Part shown: one piece after another, positions 13,179 through 25,055 of the stretch
Position numbering within the stretch: position 1 is the first letter of the stretch
Layout of the letters: each line of letters opens with the position of its first letter
Assembly (NCBI RefSeq): GCF_006345805.1
Contig: NC_043016.1
Span: 14,136,001-14,200,000 of the forward strand
Direction of reading: 5' to 3'
Length of the DNA: 64,000 nt
Source: Octopus sinensis
Lineage: Eukaryota
Notes under the pieces: generated by a model
Seen by the model: only the letters and a program-made list of their open reading frames with translations
Database searches by the model: none
What the model was told of the DNA's origin: nothing
Made by a program: the position numbers and the translations under genes

Positions 13179-13415
13179 ATTAAGACATTCATCATCATCA
13201 TCGTTTAACGTCCGTTCTCCATGCTGGCATGGGTTGGACGGTTCAACCGGTTCAACTCTTCTCACATTTTTGTGGATTTAAAAGAAAAATGATTAAGACA
13301 TTCATCATCCTCATCATCATCATCGTTTAACGTCCGTTCTCCATGCTGGCATGGGTTGGACGGTTCAACCGGTTCAACTCTTCTCACATTTTTGTGGATT
13401 TAAAAGAAAAATGAT
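13179..13415. repeat. Tandem duplication (112 and 122 bp units)
   Basis: GATTAAGACATTC..AAAGAAAAAT occurs twice; units differ mainly in the CAT tract. Confidence 0.85.
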
Positions 13416-14782
13416 CTTCAGTTTTTGTTTTGAACCAGCATCTGACCTTTTCTTTAATTTAAAAATATTTTTTTGATTAAAAAAAAATCTGTTACATCAG
13501 AATCTTTATAAATAGAAACCACAACATTTTAAAATTTTAGTAAATGAAAATAACAACTATTTTAAAATCTTCCACTTTCATATGTAATTTTGTGGAACAT
13601 AAATTGTGTTGATAATATTGAAAATATCCATCTGTATTTGAATTCTTGTCTGAATGAAAACAACAAGAAAAAAAATGTTGCTTTATTGCTACCAATATCA
13701 GCTGTCCTTTCAGATTAGTTCATATTATTTATTGTGAGCAAAGACAGTTAGCCAGTGGTCAACAGAGCCTCCAGTTGGGTGGCTATGTGGAGGGACTGTT
13801 GTAACATCATGAAATGTTTAACATAAAATGTAGATATTTGATGCATACTTATGGAACATAATGAACCCCCTAATATGGCCATGCACTTGAGTCAGACCAA
13901 AATGAGTACTGTTTAGTTCTTAAGCCTTATGTACATATCTAATTCTTAGACTTAAAAAGTCTGGAATAAAGGTGAATTTTATACAGGAATAAATACCATT
14001 ATTCTTTATTAAGAAAATTTAAAGATGAATTTTTATAGTTCATTGTTTCATGACACTGTGCCTTGATTCTTTATTTTGGACCTTATTCTTATGGAAAAAC
14101 ATTTTGTGTGGTCAGATGCTTGCTTCCCAACCACATGGCTTTACAGGGATCAGTCCCACTGTCTGGCTAGCTTGGGCAAATATCTTCTACTATAGCCACA
14201 GGCTGACCAAAGTCTTGTGAGTGGATTTGGTAGACGGAAACTGAAAGAAAGCCAGTGTGTGTGTATTGTGTCTTTGTGTCTGTGTTTGTTCCCCACCTCT
14301 GCTTGACAACCAGTGTTGGTGTGTTTACATCCCCATAACTTAGCGGCTCAGCAAAAGAGACTGACAGAATATGTACCCTGGCTTAAAATGAAAATAAGTA
14401 CTTGGTTCGAACTATTTGACTAAAAACTTACGAAGTGATGCCCCAGTATGGCCGCAGTCTAACGACCGAAACAAGTAAAAGATAAAAGATGAATGATATA
14501 CCCAAGGTCACTTCTTTCGTTACCATCTTTGATTTCAAATTGCATGCATTTCTACATGCATGCACACACACACACACACACACACACAACAAATCACTTC
14601 CCTAATACAAATGTTTTTTAAACACATATGAATCTAGAATCTTTTGTAATACCTGAATTACACAATGGTCTGCTAAGTTACAGTTGTCAAGTGGTGGAGG
14701 AGACAAGCATCAACATAAAGACACACTCATAGACATATACATTTATATATATATATATATACTAGCTGAAGGTGACCCGCTG

Positions 14783-14882
14783 NNNNNNNNNNNNNNNNNN
14801 NNNNNNNNNNNNNNNNNNNNNNNNNNNNNNNNNNNNNNNNNNNNNNNNNNNNNNNNNNNNNNNNNNNNNNNNNNNNNNNNNN
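14783..14882. other. Assembly gap (100 N, true size unknown), followed by a TA-rich array to about 15300
   Basis: direct. Confidence 0.98.
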
Positions 14883-14915
14883 TATATATATAATATATAT
14901 ATATATATATATTTG

Positions 14916-14986
<71 letters not shown>

Positions 14987-15123
14987 TTGTATGTGTATAT
15001 ATATATATATTATATATATATATATTGTAGTGTATATATATATATATATATAATATATATATTTGTATGTGTATATATAATATTATATATAATATATATA
15101 TATATTATATATATATATTTGTA

Positions 15124-15154
<31 letters not shown>

Positions 15155-15839
15155 CTATATATATATATTTTATGTGTTTATATATATATATTATATATAT
15201 ATATATAGATATATATTTGTATGTGTATATATATTATATATATATTATAATATATATTGTATGTGTATATATGTGTGTGGTGTGTGTATATATATATAAA
15301 CAAGACAAAAATGGAACAAGAACATAACAGTCAACAACAAAACGTTCGGACAGTTAGATGATACAAAAAAAGGACAGGAAAAAACAAGGACAGGTCATTC
15401 GGAGCTTTTGATCTTCCGTCAAGTACCAGATCATCTTTGCAATTTTGGCCGGTTAATCTCAAGACTGCTCTAATCTAGTCAGCCACAAGAAAATCTAAGC
15501 TAACAGCACTAGATTCTTTGAAAGAAAGCAAGCAAATGTATATGAAAACAAGGATGAAGAAAACAGAGAAATGGTACACAATTACAAATACAAACAACAG
15601 GACATTAACAACAGGTGTCTTTCGACTAAGGATGAATTTAATTAAGCTGGCGTGTGTGGAAGTGAAGCCTTACGGCAGGGACATAAGAGATGAAAGGCAT
15701 GGGAAGGAATATAAGAGATGCTACACAGATGGTAGTTGTACCGAGAAAGAAAGATTAGGCTTGGGCGAACACCTGTCACATGGAAGGAGAGGAGAGCGGT
15801 AGGGGTAGAGGGATTGAAGACTTATATGTATGTATATAT

Positions 15840-15924
<85 letters not shown>

Positions 15925-18249
15925 CACACATTGCCAGATCAGATTGGAGCCTGGTGCAGCCTCCTGGCTTCCCAGACCACAGTTGAACCATCCAACCCAT
16001 GCCAGCATGGAAAACAGGCGTTTTAAACGATGATGATGATGATATATGAGTGAGTAGACAAACTAAAGAAGGGCACTCAACACATTGGGAGTTACATGTG
16101 CAGATCAAAACAGTTTGATTCAGAATCCTTGGTACCCCGTGTTTCAAGTGTGTGGCTAGTCTAGAGAATGTACATCTAAGCACACATACACACTCATATA
16201 AGCACAGATGCATACACACAAATATACAGGCATATACATGTACATATATACCCCCACATCTACCACCCCTTCCTACTTTCCCCCCTACCACACAACTGAT
16301 TTCTTGTCCATTATGTCGTCAATTTCCTGTACACCATGCAGTGTTTTCCAACTAATTTTTGTTGCTGAAATTGTGACATCAAACCTCTATACCATGTGAC
16401 ATTTCTCAACCATTCAGGCTAACATCCTGGAGTAAATATTGACTCCCTTCAATTGAACTCTCAATCAGACCCCAATGGCTGAAGACTAGCCACTCATTTG
16501 ACATTCAGAGTACCAGAAAGTCTGAATAAAACTGTGTTGCACATAAAAAGCACCCAGTACACTCATGGAGTGGTTGGCATTAGGAAGGGCATCCAACTGT
16601 AGAAACACTGCCAGATCTGACTGGGCCTGATGCAGCCTTCGGGCTTCCCAGACCCCAGTTGAACCGTCCAACCCATGCTAGCATGGAAAGCGGACGTTAA
16701 ATGATGATGATATACATATATGAACACACACACACACAATTTTAATGTATGAACAGGTCATAGACCACATACATAAATGATTTGTTTTCAGTGGTGAAGG
16801 CTTGTGTAGGACAAGGCACACTTTTGGGATGCGAGTCCTTCATCAAATGAAAAGTAAAGGAAGGGTGTGATAAAGGAAAAATGTTTGATTAAAAGGGGCG
16901 TGGATAAGAGGTGAAGGATTAGGGGCCAGATGGGAATACAGTTCTATAGAGTAGGAATGAAGAAAGAGAAGGAGTGAGTGTGCAGTGTGCACATAGAGGA
17001 TTGTCTATGTGATGGGCATGGATGGGGAGTGCTGTGTGTGGTTTTGTGGTGTATATGTGTGTGTGTGTAGAGGTGTGCAAGTACATTGTCATTGATTGGG
17101 GGTGTGAGGTGTTGTTGGGTATGTGTGTGATACCCAATGCCTGAGGAAAGAATGTGAGGTGGTAGAAGCAGGCATGAGTGTAAGGTAAAAGGGGGGGAGG
17201 GGGATGAGTGTGGCAGGGAGGCTGGAGGCGGATGGGTGTGAGATGCTGCATTGTGGAAGGAAGTTAAAAATGAGTGAGTAACGAGGGTGCTGAGTACAAT
17301 ATGACACATGGTTTGAAAAAAGAAGAAAAAAAACAACTAATTATTTAGTTCTGTGAGGGAAGAAAATTAACGAGGTGGTTTTGTGAATGAACTAACACAC
17401 ATACACACTGACACACCCACCCTACCATGCTACCACTAACCCTGTGCCATACTTCCATACTCTCACACCTCTACGCATACACACACACACACACATACAC
17501 AAACACACACATACAAACAGCACTATCCCTCTATGCACATCTCAAAACACAAATACACTCCTCTACATACATGCACATACACACACACAGGCCCCTTCTA
17601 ACCTTAACTCCCTCTCATTGAACAGTATTCCCAACAGGCCCCTAACCCTACACCATACACCCATTATTTTTTTCCCTCCTTTCTCAACCACTTTCCTTCT
17701 TTTACACTCTATATTTTTGTTCTGATGATAGACTGGTGTTGAAAACCTTTAAACTTTTTCCTTCCCTTTTAAGTGTAAAACTAAAACATTTTTTGCTAAA
17801 ATTTCACATACCTTGTCTTGTATTTTTCTTTTTCTCTTTTTTTTTTGTTCATTGACTTTGCAATATATTCTTCATGCTTATAAGAACTTCTTATCTCCTC
17901 CTCTTCTTCTTCTTTGTCATTATTGTCATTTAATGTCCTTGTTCCATGCCACATGGGTTGGATGGTTTGACAGGATCTGATGGGTCCAAGCACTGCACCA
18001 TGTTGCAGTGTTTGACATGGTTTCTATGGCTGGATGACCTTTCCTACTCCCAATCACTTTACAATGTGTCCTGGGTGTTTTTTCATACCACTGGCACTAG
18101 TGAGATTACCAAGGAACTTACAAGACTATGGACGTTGAGCAGGGAGAGGGAACTTTATGGTAGGTGAATAAGGAGTAGCTGAAAATTGGTGATGAGATGT
18201 GAGCATGGATCTTCAAGGCACAAAGTGGGTAGGAATGGATGGGGCAGAT

Positions 18250-18500
18250 ACCAGGAGTTAGTGAGAGGAGAAAGGGATGTCTGATAATGTAGGGTCCTTA
18301 AACCCACCAGCTGCCAAAGCCTCGTTGTAATAGGGGTCTGCAGTGTTGAAAATCTCTTTATTTGAAAACACATTCGAAATTGTCCTACTGACAACCTTCA
18401 CTAGGTTTTTAAACACAATTTGCACTGATTTCTGTATATACGATTGTATTTTGCAATGTGTAGCAGGTATATTAATGCTCGCCACGGTTATATGCTGGCC
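18250..18500 (-). mobile_element. Penelope-like retroelement RT C-terminal fragment
   Basis: KNLVKVVSRTISNVFSNKEIFNTADPYYNEALAAGGFKD, the same region as in the 1845-2640 remnant. Confidence 0.65.
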
Positions 18501-18544
18501 TATGATTTTATCCTCTAATTATGTTTTATATATATATATATATA

Positions 18545-18953
18545 TGGCCGTAGCCAGTACCGCATCGACTGGCCTCCGTGCTGTGGGCACGTAACAAACA
18601 CCATCCGATCATGGCCGTTCGCCAGCCTTGTCTGGCGCCTGTGTCGGTGGCACATAAAAAACACCATCCGAGCGTGGCCGTCTGCCAGCCTCGTCTGGCA
18701 CCTGTGTCGGTGGCACATAAAAAAACACTATCCGAGCGTGGCTGTTCGCCAGCCTCGTCTGGCACCTGTGTCGGTGGCACATAAAATCACCCACTACACT
18801 CTTGGAGTGGTTGGCGTTAGGAAGAGCATCCAGCTGTAGAAACACTGCCAGATCAGACTGGGCCTGGTGCAGCCTTTGGGCTCCCCAGACCCCAGTTGAA
18901 CCGTCCAACCCATTCTAGCATGGAAAGCGGACGTTAAACGATGATGATGATGA
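18545..18953 (+). repeat. RTE 3'-UTR copy with about 3.5 tandem subrepeats of about 62 bp
   Basis: repeated CACCATCCGAGCGTGGCCGT..GCCAGCCTCGTCTGGCACCTGTGTCGGTGGCACATAAAAA. Confidence 0.8.
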
Positions 18954-19534
18954 TATATATATATATATATAAATGAGGATATATATTTATATGTGTTTGT
19001 GTGTTTCTGTTTGTGTTTCCTTGCCTTAATATCATGTGATAGCTGTAAATGGTTGTTGCTGTTATACATGCAATGTCATTCATTTCTGATATCCTGTGAG
19101 AACATGTTTGGCCATAAGGAAATATTCTTTTTCCACTCTAGGCACAAGACCCAAAATTTTTGGGGGAGGTGGGGCCAGTCGATTAGATCGACCCAGTATG
19201 CAACTGGTACTTAATTCATCAACATCGAAAGGATGAAAGGCAAAGTCAACCTCAGCAGAATTTGAACTCAGAACATACAGACAGACGAAATGCTGCTTAG
19301 CATTTTGCCCAGTGTGCTAATGATTCTGCCAGCTCACCACCTTAGGGTGGAAGATACTACAATACTTGGAAATGGGCCAAAGTTGGCCACAAGAAGGGCA
19401 GAATAAACTCTATCCAATCCATGCAACCATGGAAATGTAGATGTTATGATGATGATGATGATGATGATACCATATTTGTTTTCATAGTTGAATTAAATAT
19501 TGTGTTGTTTGCTTTTGTTATTTTTAATATATAG

Positions 19535-19686
19535 GTGTTTTTGGTCAAAACAATCTGTGGAATATTCACAAGCCAGAAACCTTTGAACATCCTTTAATTC
19601 CATTTGATGTTTTAACGGATGCCTTAAGTCTACCAGAGTATATAAGTCTAATACCAAAAGAACCTGATGAATCAGAAGCAACTAAT
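19535..19686 (+). CDS. WD40 gene exon (post-WD GxFGQxxxW segment)
   Basis: atag acceptor, GTACGT donor at 19687; VFGQNNLWNIHKPETFEHPLIPFDVLTDALSLPEY resembles the C-terminal segment I recall for the WDR49/WDY family; phase 1 to 0. Confidence 0.8.
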
Positions 19687-20614
19687 GTACGTCGTTTATT
19701 TACTTTTGCACTTGTCTCGTTCATTTATGTTTGCATTCGTTTAGTTCTTTCAAATGTTTAAAGTACCAGAAACTCTGAGAACTGGCATTCCCTGTTAAAG
19801 TTTCACTTTTAAGACGTAGTTTTCTAGAATTGCTTTTTTAAGTTCTTGGTAAAATATCTCACATAAATTGTTCTTCTTATTTCTTTACTGCCCACAAGGG
19901 GCTAAACATTGAGGGGACAAACAAATAAAGTCGATTACATCGACCCCAGTGCATAACTGGTACTTATTTAATCGACCCCGAAAGGATGAAAGGCAAAGTT
20001 GACCTCGGCAGAATTTGATCTCAGAACATAGCAGCAGAGGAAATACCGCTAAGCATTTCACCCGGCATGCTAACGTTTCTGCCAGTTTGCCGCCTTGTTC
20101 TAAATTGTTCTGGAAGATTATTTTTCTTATATAATTATTACAAGAACACATTTATATCTTTAGTCACAATATGTGAATTCACTGGAGTAAAAGACTCATA
20201 CAAATCTATTAGTATATACCTATTTTTATATGTATACTTCTATATGTATGTGCAGTGCATTGTGTTCTTGAGCAAGACACTTTATTTCATGTTGTTCCAG
20301 TCCTCTTGGCTGATCAAAAATTAGTTGTACTTGAAATTCAAAAGCACCAACCCTGTCGCATTGTGTGCCATGCTGAATATCCTTGAGAACTATGTTGAGG
20401 GTACACAGGTCTGTGGAATGCTCGGCCACTTGCAGGTTAATTTCACCAGCAGGCTGTTCCATTTTTTGGATCAACTGAAACACACATCACTGTAACTGAC
20501 AGAGTGCCAATTATGGATTTTTAATGAGAGTGTGTAAAAAAGAGAAAGTATATATGTATGCCTTTTGTTGTTGATGACTATGACGACGATGAGCAACTGT
20601 GTATCACAATAAAG

Positions 20615-21920
20615 TCATCATCATCATCATCATTTAACATCTGCTTTCCATGCTGGCATTGCTTGGGCAGTTTGAAGACTGGCAAGCCAGGAGGCTGCAC
20701 CAGGCTCCAATCTGATCTGGCAAGGTTTCTACTGCTGGATGCCCTTCCTAATGCCAACCACTTCAAGATTGTTGTGGATGCTTTTTATGTGCCAGTCAGG
20801 TGGCACTGTCATTGACCAGGCTTGATTGGTGCTTTTTATGTGACACTGGTACAGGAGCCAGTCATGTAGCACCAGCATTGACTATGCCAGAATGGTGCCT
20901 TTTACGTGCCTCCGGCATGGGTGCCAGTCAGGCAGCACTGGCCACAACTATGATTTCACTTGACTCAACAGGTCTTTTCAAGCACGGCATATTGCTTGAC
21001 GATTGAAGGGTACTTTTAAATGGGCCAGCTATGTGACACTGGCATTAGCCACAGCTATGATCTCATTTGGCTTGACAGATCTTCTCAAGCACAGTATATG
21101 TTCAAAGGTCTCGGTCTCTTGTCATTGCCTCTGTGAGGCCCAACATTTGAAGGTTGTGCTTCACCACCTCATTCCATGTCTTCCTGGGTCTATGCTTCTC
21201 CCTGGCACAAACCCAAACTGCATCTCGTCTAGACTGACTCTTTCCCTAATCAGTTGGGCTATGACCCTCTCCGTGACCTTCATTACCTGATCCAACAACT
21301 TGATACCTCTGTAATTATTTGTATCTAAAGTGTCACCTCTACCTTTGTAGCAGTTGACTATGGTGCTACTACACCAGTGATTGGGTATGACTCCATCATG
21401 TATCACCTGGTTAACTACATGGGTGATTAGGCTATAGCTGACACCGCCAGATATTTTAAGCATCTCTGTGGTGATTCCTGATGGGCTTGGGGGTTTCCCT
21501 GTCTTCAAGCCCTTAATTGCTTTATCTACCAAGGTACTGTCAATTCGAGTAGCTGGTCCTTCTGTTGGGTCGACATTCAGCAGACTCTCTTCCATTCATT
21601 CTCTTCATTTAGCAACCTTCCATAGTGGCGTCTCCAAGTCTCTCTCTTTGCAGCATCACTAAATGCAAGTGAGCCATCATCCATGCAGACACATTTCTTC
21701 CCTATGACATCACGATTCTCTCTCACACACTGTCTTGCAATACAAAACATTTCAAATCTCTGGTCCTCACGATGCAGAACATTGGCAATTTTTTTCTTAT
21801 TTGCTTCCCCTCTGTTTAAATAATCAGGTCTCCTAGCTTCCCTTCGGGTGATCAGATGCAGTTCTCTGCTACCATCACACCTCCAGTCCTTCCATTCCTG
21901 TTTCTTTTCCCTAATGGCCC
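20615..21920 (-). mobile_element. RTE-clade LINE, internally deleted, with 3' UTR and (ATG)n tail
   Basis: KAIKGLKTGKPPSPSGIT..NYRGIKLLDQVMKVTERV..DEMQFGFVPGRS, then GRPRKTWNEVV C-terminus, then 3' UTR. Confidence 0.85.
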
Positions 21921-22033
21921 TGCCAACTACATATCACAAAAAAGTATTAAAATATTCTCAGAAGCATGAACTGAACTTGTTTCGGGCATAAAAAAATCTT
22001 TATTTTATTTATATTTCTTCTTTTGCCTTTCAG

Positions 22034-22143
22034 AATGTTGAAACTAATTATCAAATTCTTTCTTCAACTTCATCCAAAGAAGCAGATGTTTCTTTACATG
22101 ATGAACTAAAGGCTGAATTAATCCAGGGATTAAAAGCAATGAG
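22034..22143 (+). CDS. WD40 gene penultimate exon (GC donor), or alternative terminal exon ending at TAA 22151-22153
   Basis: ttcag acceptor 22031-22033; NVETNYQILSSTSSKEADVSLHDELKAELIQGLKAM(R); AG|GCAAGA at 22144 is phase 2. Confidence 0.65.
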
Positions 22144-24892
22144 GCAAGAATAATTTATTTGCTATTTTTATCTATGTTTATGTATGCTTACAGTGATGTG
22201 TGTTTCTATGGATGAATGTGTTTATTCTGTAAATAGACTGAGAAACAGTAATGACAAAAAGTTAATAATTTAACATTTAAATTGGTCATATCCAGAGCAA
22301 ATATTCTACTCCTTTTCCATTGAAACTGGCCAGGTTCAGCCTCTTACATCTGCCCTACAATAAACAATCCCATCTTCAAAATTTTGATGATACAACATAC
22401 TACATGATTAATTTTTAAAAACACTGACAAATAAGCATTACATTTGATAAATTAATCTGAATGCTAAATGGTTAAATGTCATCTGGTGGTTTTGGTTTTA
22501 CTTTGATAATGTTGATGCTTATGAATCAACTGGGAAGCACACACAGACAGTGCTTGTGATATCATTAGGGTGGGCCATAACGAGGGAAACTGACATGATT
22601 TTTGAATAGTTTAGTGAGTGTACAGGGGATAAAGAAATTAAGGTTCAACAAATAGAATCTGAGCTTGTCAGTTAATGGAAACCTTAAAACAGGCAATAAA
22701 CTGTATACCCAGCATCATCAAACATGTTGATAAAAGTATCCGTTTCTACTCGAAGCACAAGGCCCAAAATTTGTAGGGAGGGGGCCAGTTGATTAGATCA
22801 ACTCTAGTATGCAACTGGTACTTAATTTATCGATCCTGAAAGGATGAAAAGTAAAGTCGACCTCGGCAGAATTTGAACTCAGAACGTAAAGACAAACGAA
22901 ATACTGCTAAGCATTTCGCCCAGTGTGCTAACGTTGCTGCCAGCTCACCGCTTTATGTTGATAAAAGTATTAAGCATGATATCTTCTGATAAAGAGAATT
23001 CTACCAAAGTACCGACATGCAACCACAACCAGGAATTTTTAAAAAAGCATGTCTTGTTGAACAACTAATAACAAACCACCTTAAAAATGCTAAAAAGGTG
23101 AACTAATGAGGTAGCCTTATCTGCTAGAAATAGCAGCAGCAATATCTTCCTCAAAACAACCCCTAATGACTTTAAAATAAAACGACATATTGAACAATGT
23201 AGTCATAGAGATATAAAGAGCTGAAGTGATCATGGCTAGAATGGTTATAGGTCTGCTCAATTAAGGCTGGATTTGAGTTATCAGACACAAGCACCTGAAA
23301 TGTTGTGGGATGAGGGTGGGGAGCTAGTTGATTACATCAACCTCCGGTGCTAAACTGCTTCTTATTTTATCGATACCAAAAGGATGAAGGGTAAATTTGA
23401 CCGTGATAGAATTTGAACTTGGAACGTAAAGCACCAGAGGAAATGCCTAAGCACTTTGTTTGACTCACTAATGCTTTTACTAGCTCACAGAATAATATAC
23501 AACAGTAAGAAAGGGGTTATACATGGTATATTGTATAACTCACCATTAAAACATTAAACCAGAGCTGCAAAAAAAACAACACCTCCCTCATTTGCAGAAT
23601 GGCAATAAATTCCATTAGTCGTACGTCATGAAAAATGTAAAGGTGAGTTATATCTCTCCATGTGCAGAACATGTGAAAATCATAATACAAAAATATTACA
23701 ATCAAACCCAAAATTAACATTTGGTTTCCAGAATAGGGAACATCATAGCAGTTTCTGCCAACATTATATGTATAATTCAGGACAAAGTACCAGAATTTCA
23801 GAAAGAAAGAAATAAAGTACTGTGACTTCTGTAAGATAAAGCCCACGTTATTTTTATCCATTCCATACAAAACTTTTCATAAAATTTAAGACAGTCTGTC
23901 CTATACCAGTGACAACATGACTTATTGGAAGCACCATGTACCATTTAAAGTAGTTTGCTGTTCAAGCTAATGAGAGAACGACCTGCTAGAAATAAGTCAA
24001 ATGTACCTTGACCTTACTCACTATCTTAAAAAATGAAAGGACACTTTGGAGAATGTAACCCTGGATATATAAGAATATAAGATGATCAGGCTGGAATGCC
24101 TTTCCTCATAAGGTCTACTGTATGGGGAATGACCTGTTATCAGACATATCTTCGCATTCAGTTGATGAATGTAGTCAGCCATGGCTTAATTGTATGACAC
24201 ATTTTAGAGCCAAATACATAATCTTTTTCCCCTCAGATATTACTAAATCCATCTATATTTTTCTGTAATTTGTTTATTGTCATGTTTGTTTCACAGACTA
24301 TTTCCCCTTGTCTTGCACAAGGTAACCCCTCATCACAATTATGATGGGGAGTTCTACACAAAACCATACTCAGGTATATTATCAAGGTTGATCCAGTAGG
24401 TATATTTCAAGTCTTGCATCAAACACTTCTGCCCAGGTGACACAATTCATTTTGATCACCCCTTGGCCTATGTCCATATAACATTCAGGCCACACTGGCC
24501 ACCTCATTTCAGCCAGAACCATCTAGATGCTTTCTCTATAGTGTCCAAACTGCTCTTGATGACCCTTCTTCTTCACACGGAGTTCCATAGGCCTTAGTAA
24601 GGGAACAATTTGCAAACCCTTGACTGTCCACCTTCACTAGTATGTACCTCGTCCTTTAATGATTCATGCAGCTATTTTTCCCTTTTCCCCTTCTTGTGCT
24701 TCTTCAATTCTCTTTTCCCAGGACACAGTTGCAATAACATGAATTGTCTTGTGCTCTCAGAAACTAAGATGATGTTTGGACTCAACAAGAACTTCTGTTG
24801 ATTGTTGCTTCTTCTTTTTTTTTTTTGTATTTTTTGTTATTTTTAATGTTATTATCAACTTCATCTTCAGTAATGTTAATATATGTTTTCAG

Positions 24893-25055
24893 AATCGACT
24901 CAAGAAAAGTGCATGCATCGGATACAGTAAACGGAATATATAAAATTCTACATTATCATGAACTGAACAAGATTCCTGATTTGGAAATACCTTCTTGTCT
25001 GATGAGAAGGAAAGATGACATCTTTGGCACTGACTTTGAATATATGAAAGACTGA
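24893..25055 (+). CDS. WD40 gene last coding exon
   Basis: ttttcag acceptor 24886-24892, phase 2; IDSRKVHASDTVNGIYKILHYHELNKIPDLEIPSCLMRRKDDIFGTDFEYMKD, stop TGA 25053-25055. Confidence 0.65.

Noticed and set aside
13714-13802. Open segment after a cag acceptor, tested as the missing WD exon
   Set aside because: No WD40 signature, wrong phase, and no suitable donor.
14684-16291. ORFs rich in IY/YI, CV, HT, SL or ER repeats here and at 27053-27365, 36244-36783, 40172-41326
   Set aside because: Translations of (TA)n, (TG)n, (CA)n and (GA)n microsatellites and N gaps; not genes.
18590-18790. Regular approx. 62-bp repeats resembling a CRISPR array
   Set aside because: No unique spacers; tandem subrepeats of a LINE 3' UTR in a eukaryotic genome.
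24996-25020. CTGATGA..GAAA inside the last WD40 exon
   Set aside because: Only 4 nt between the core halves and no stem III; coding coincidence.
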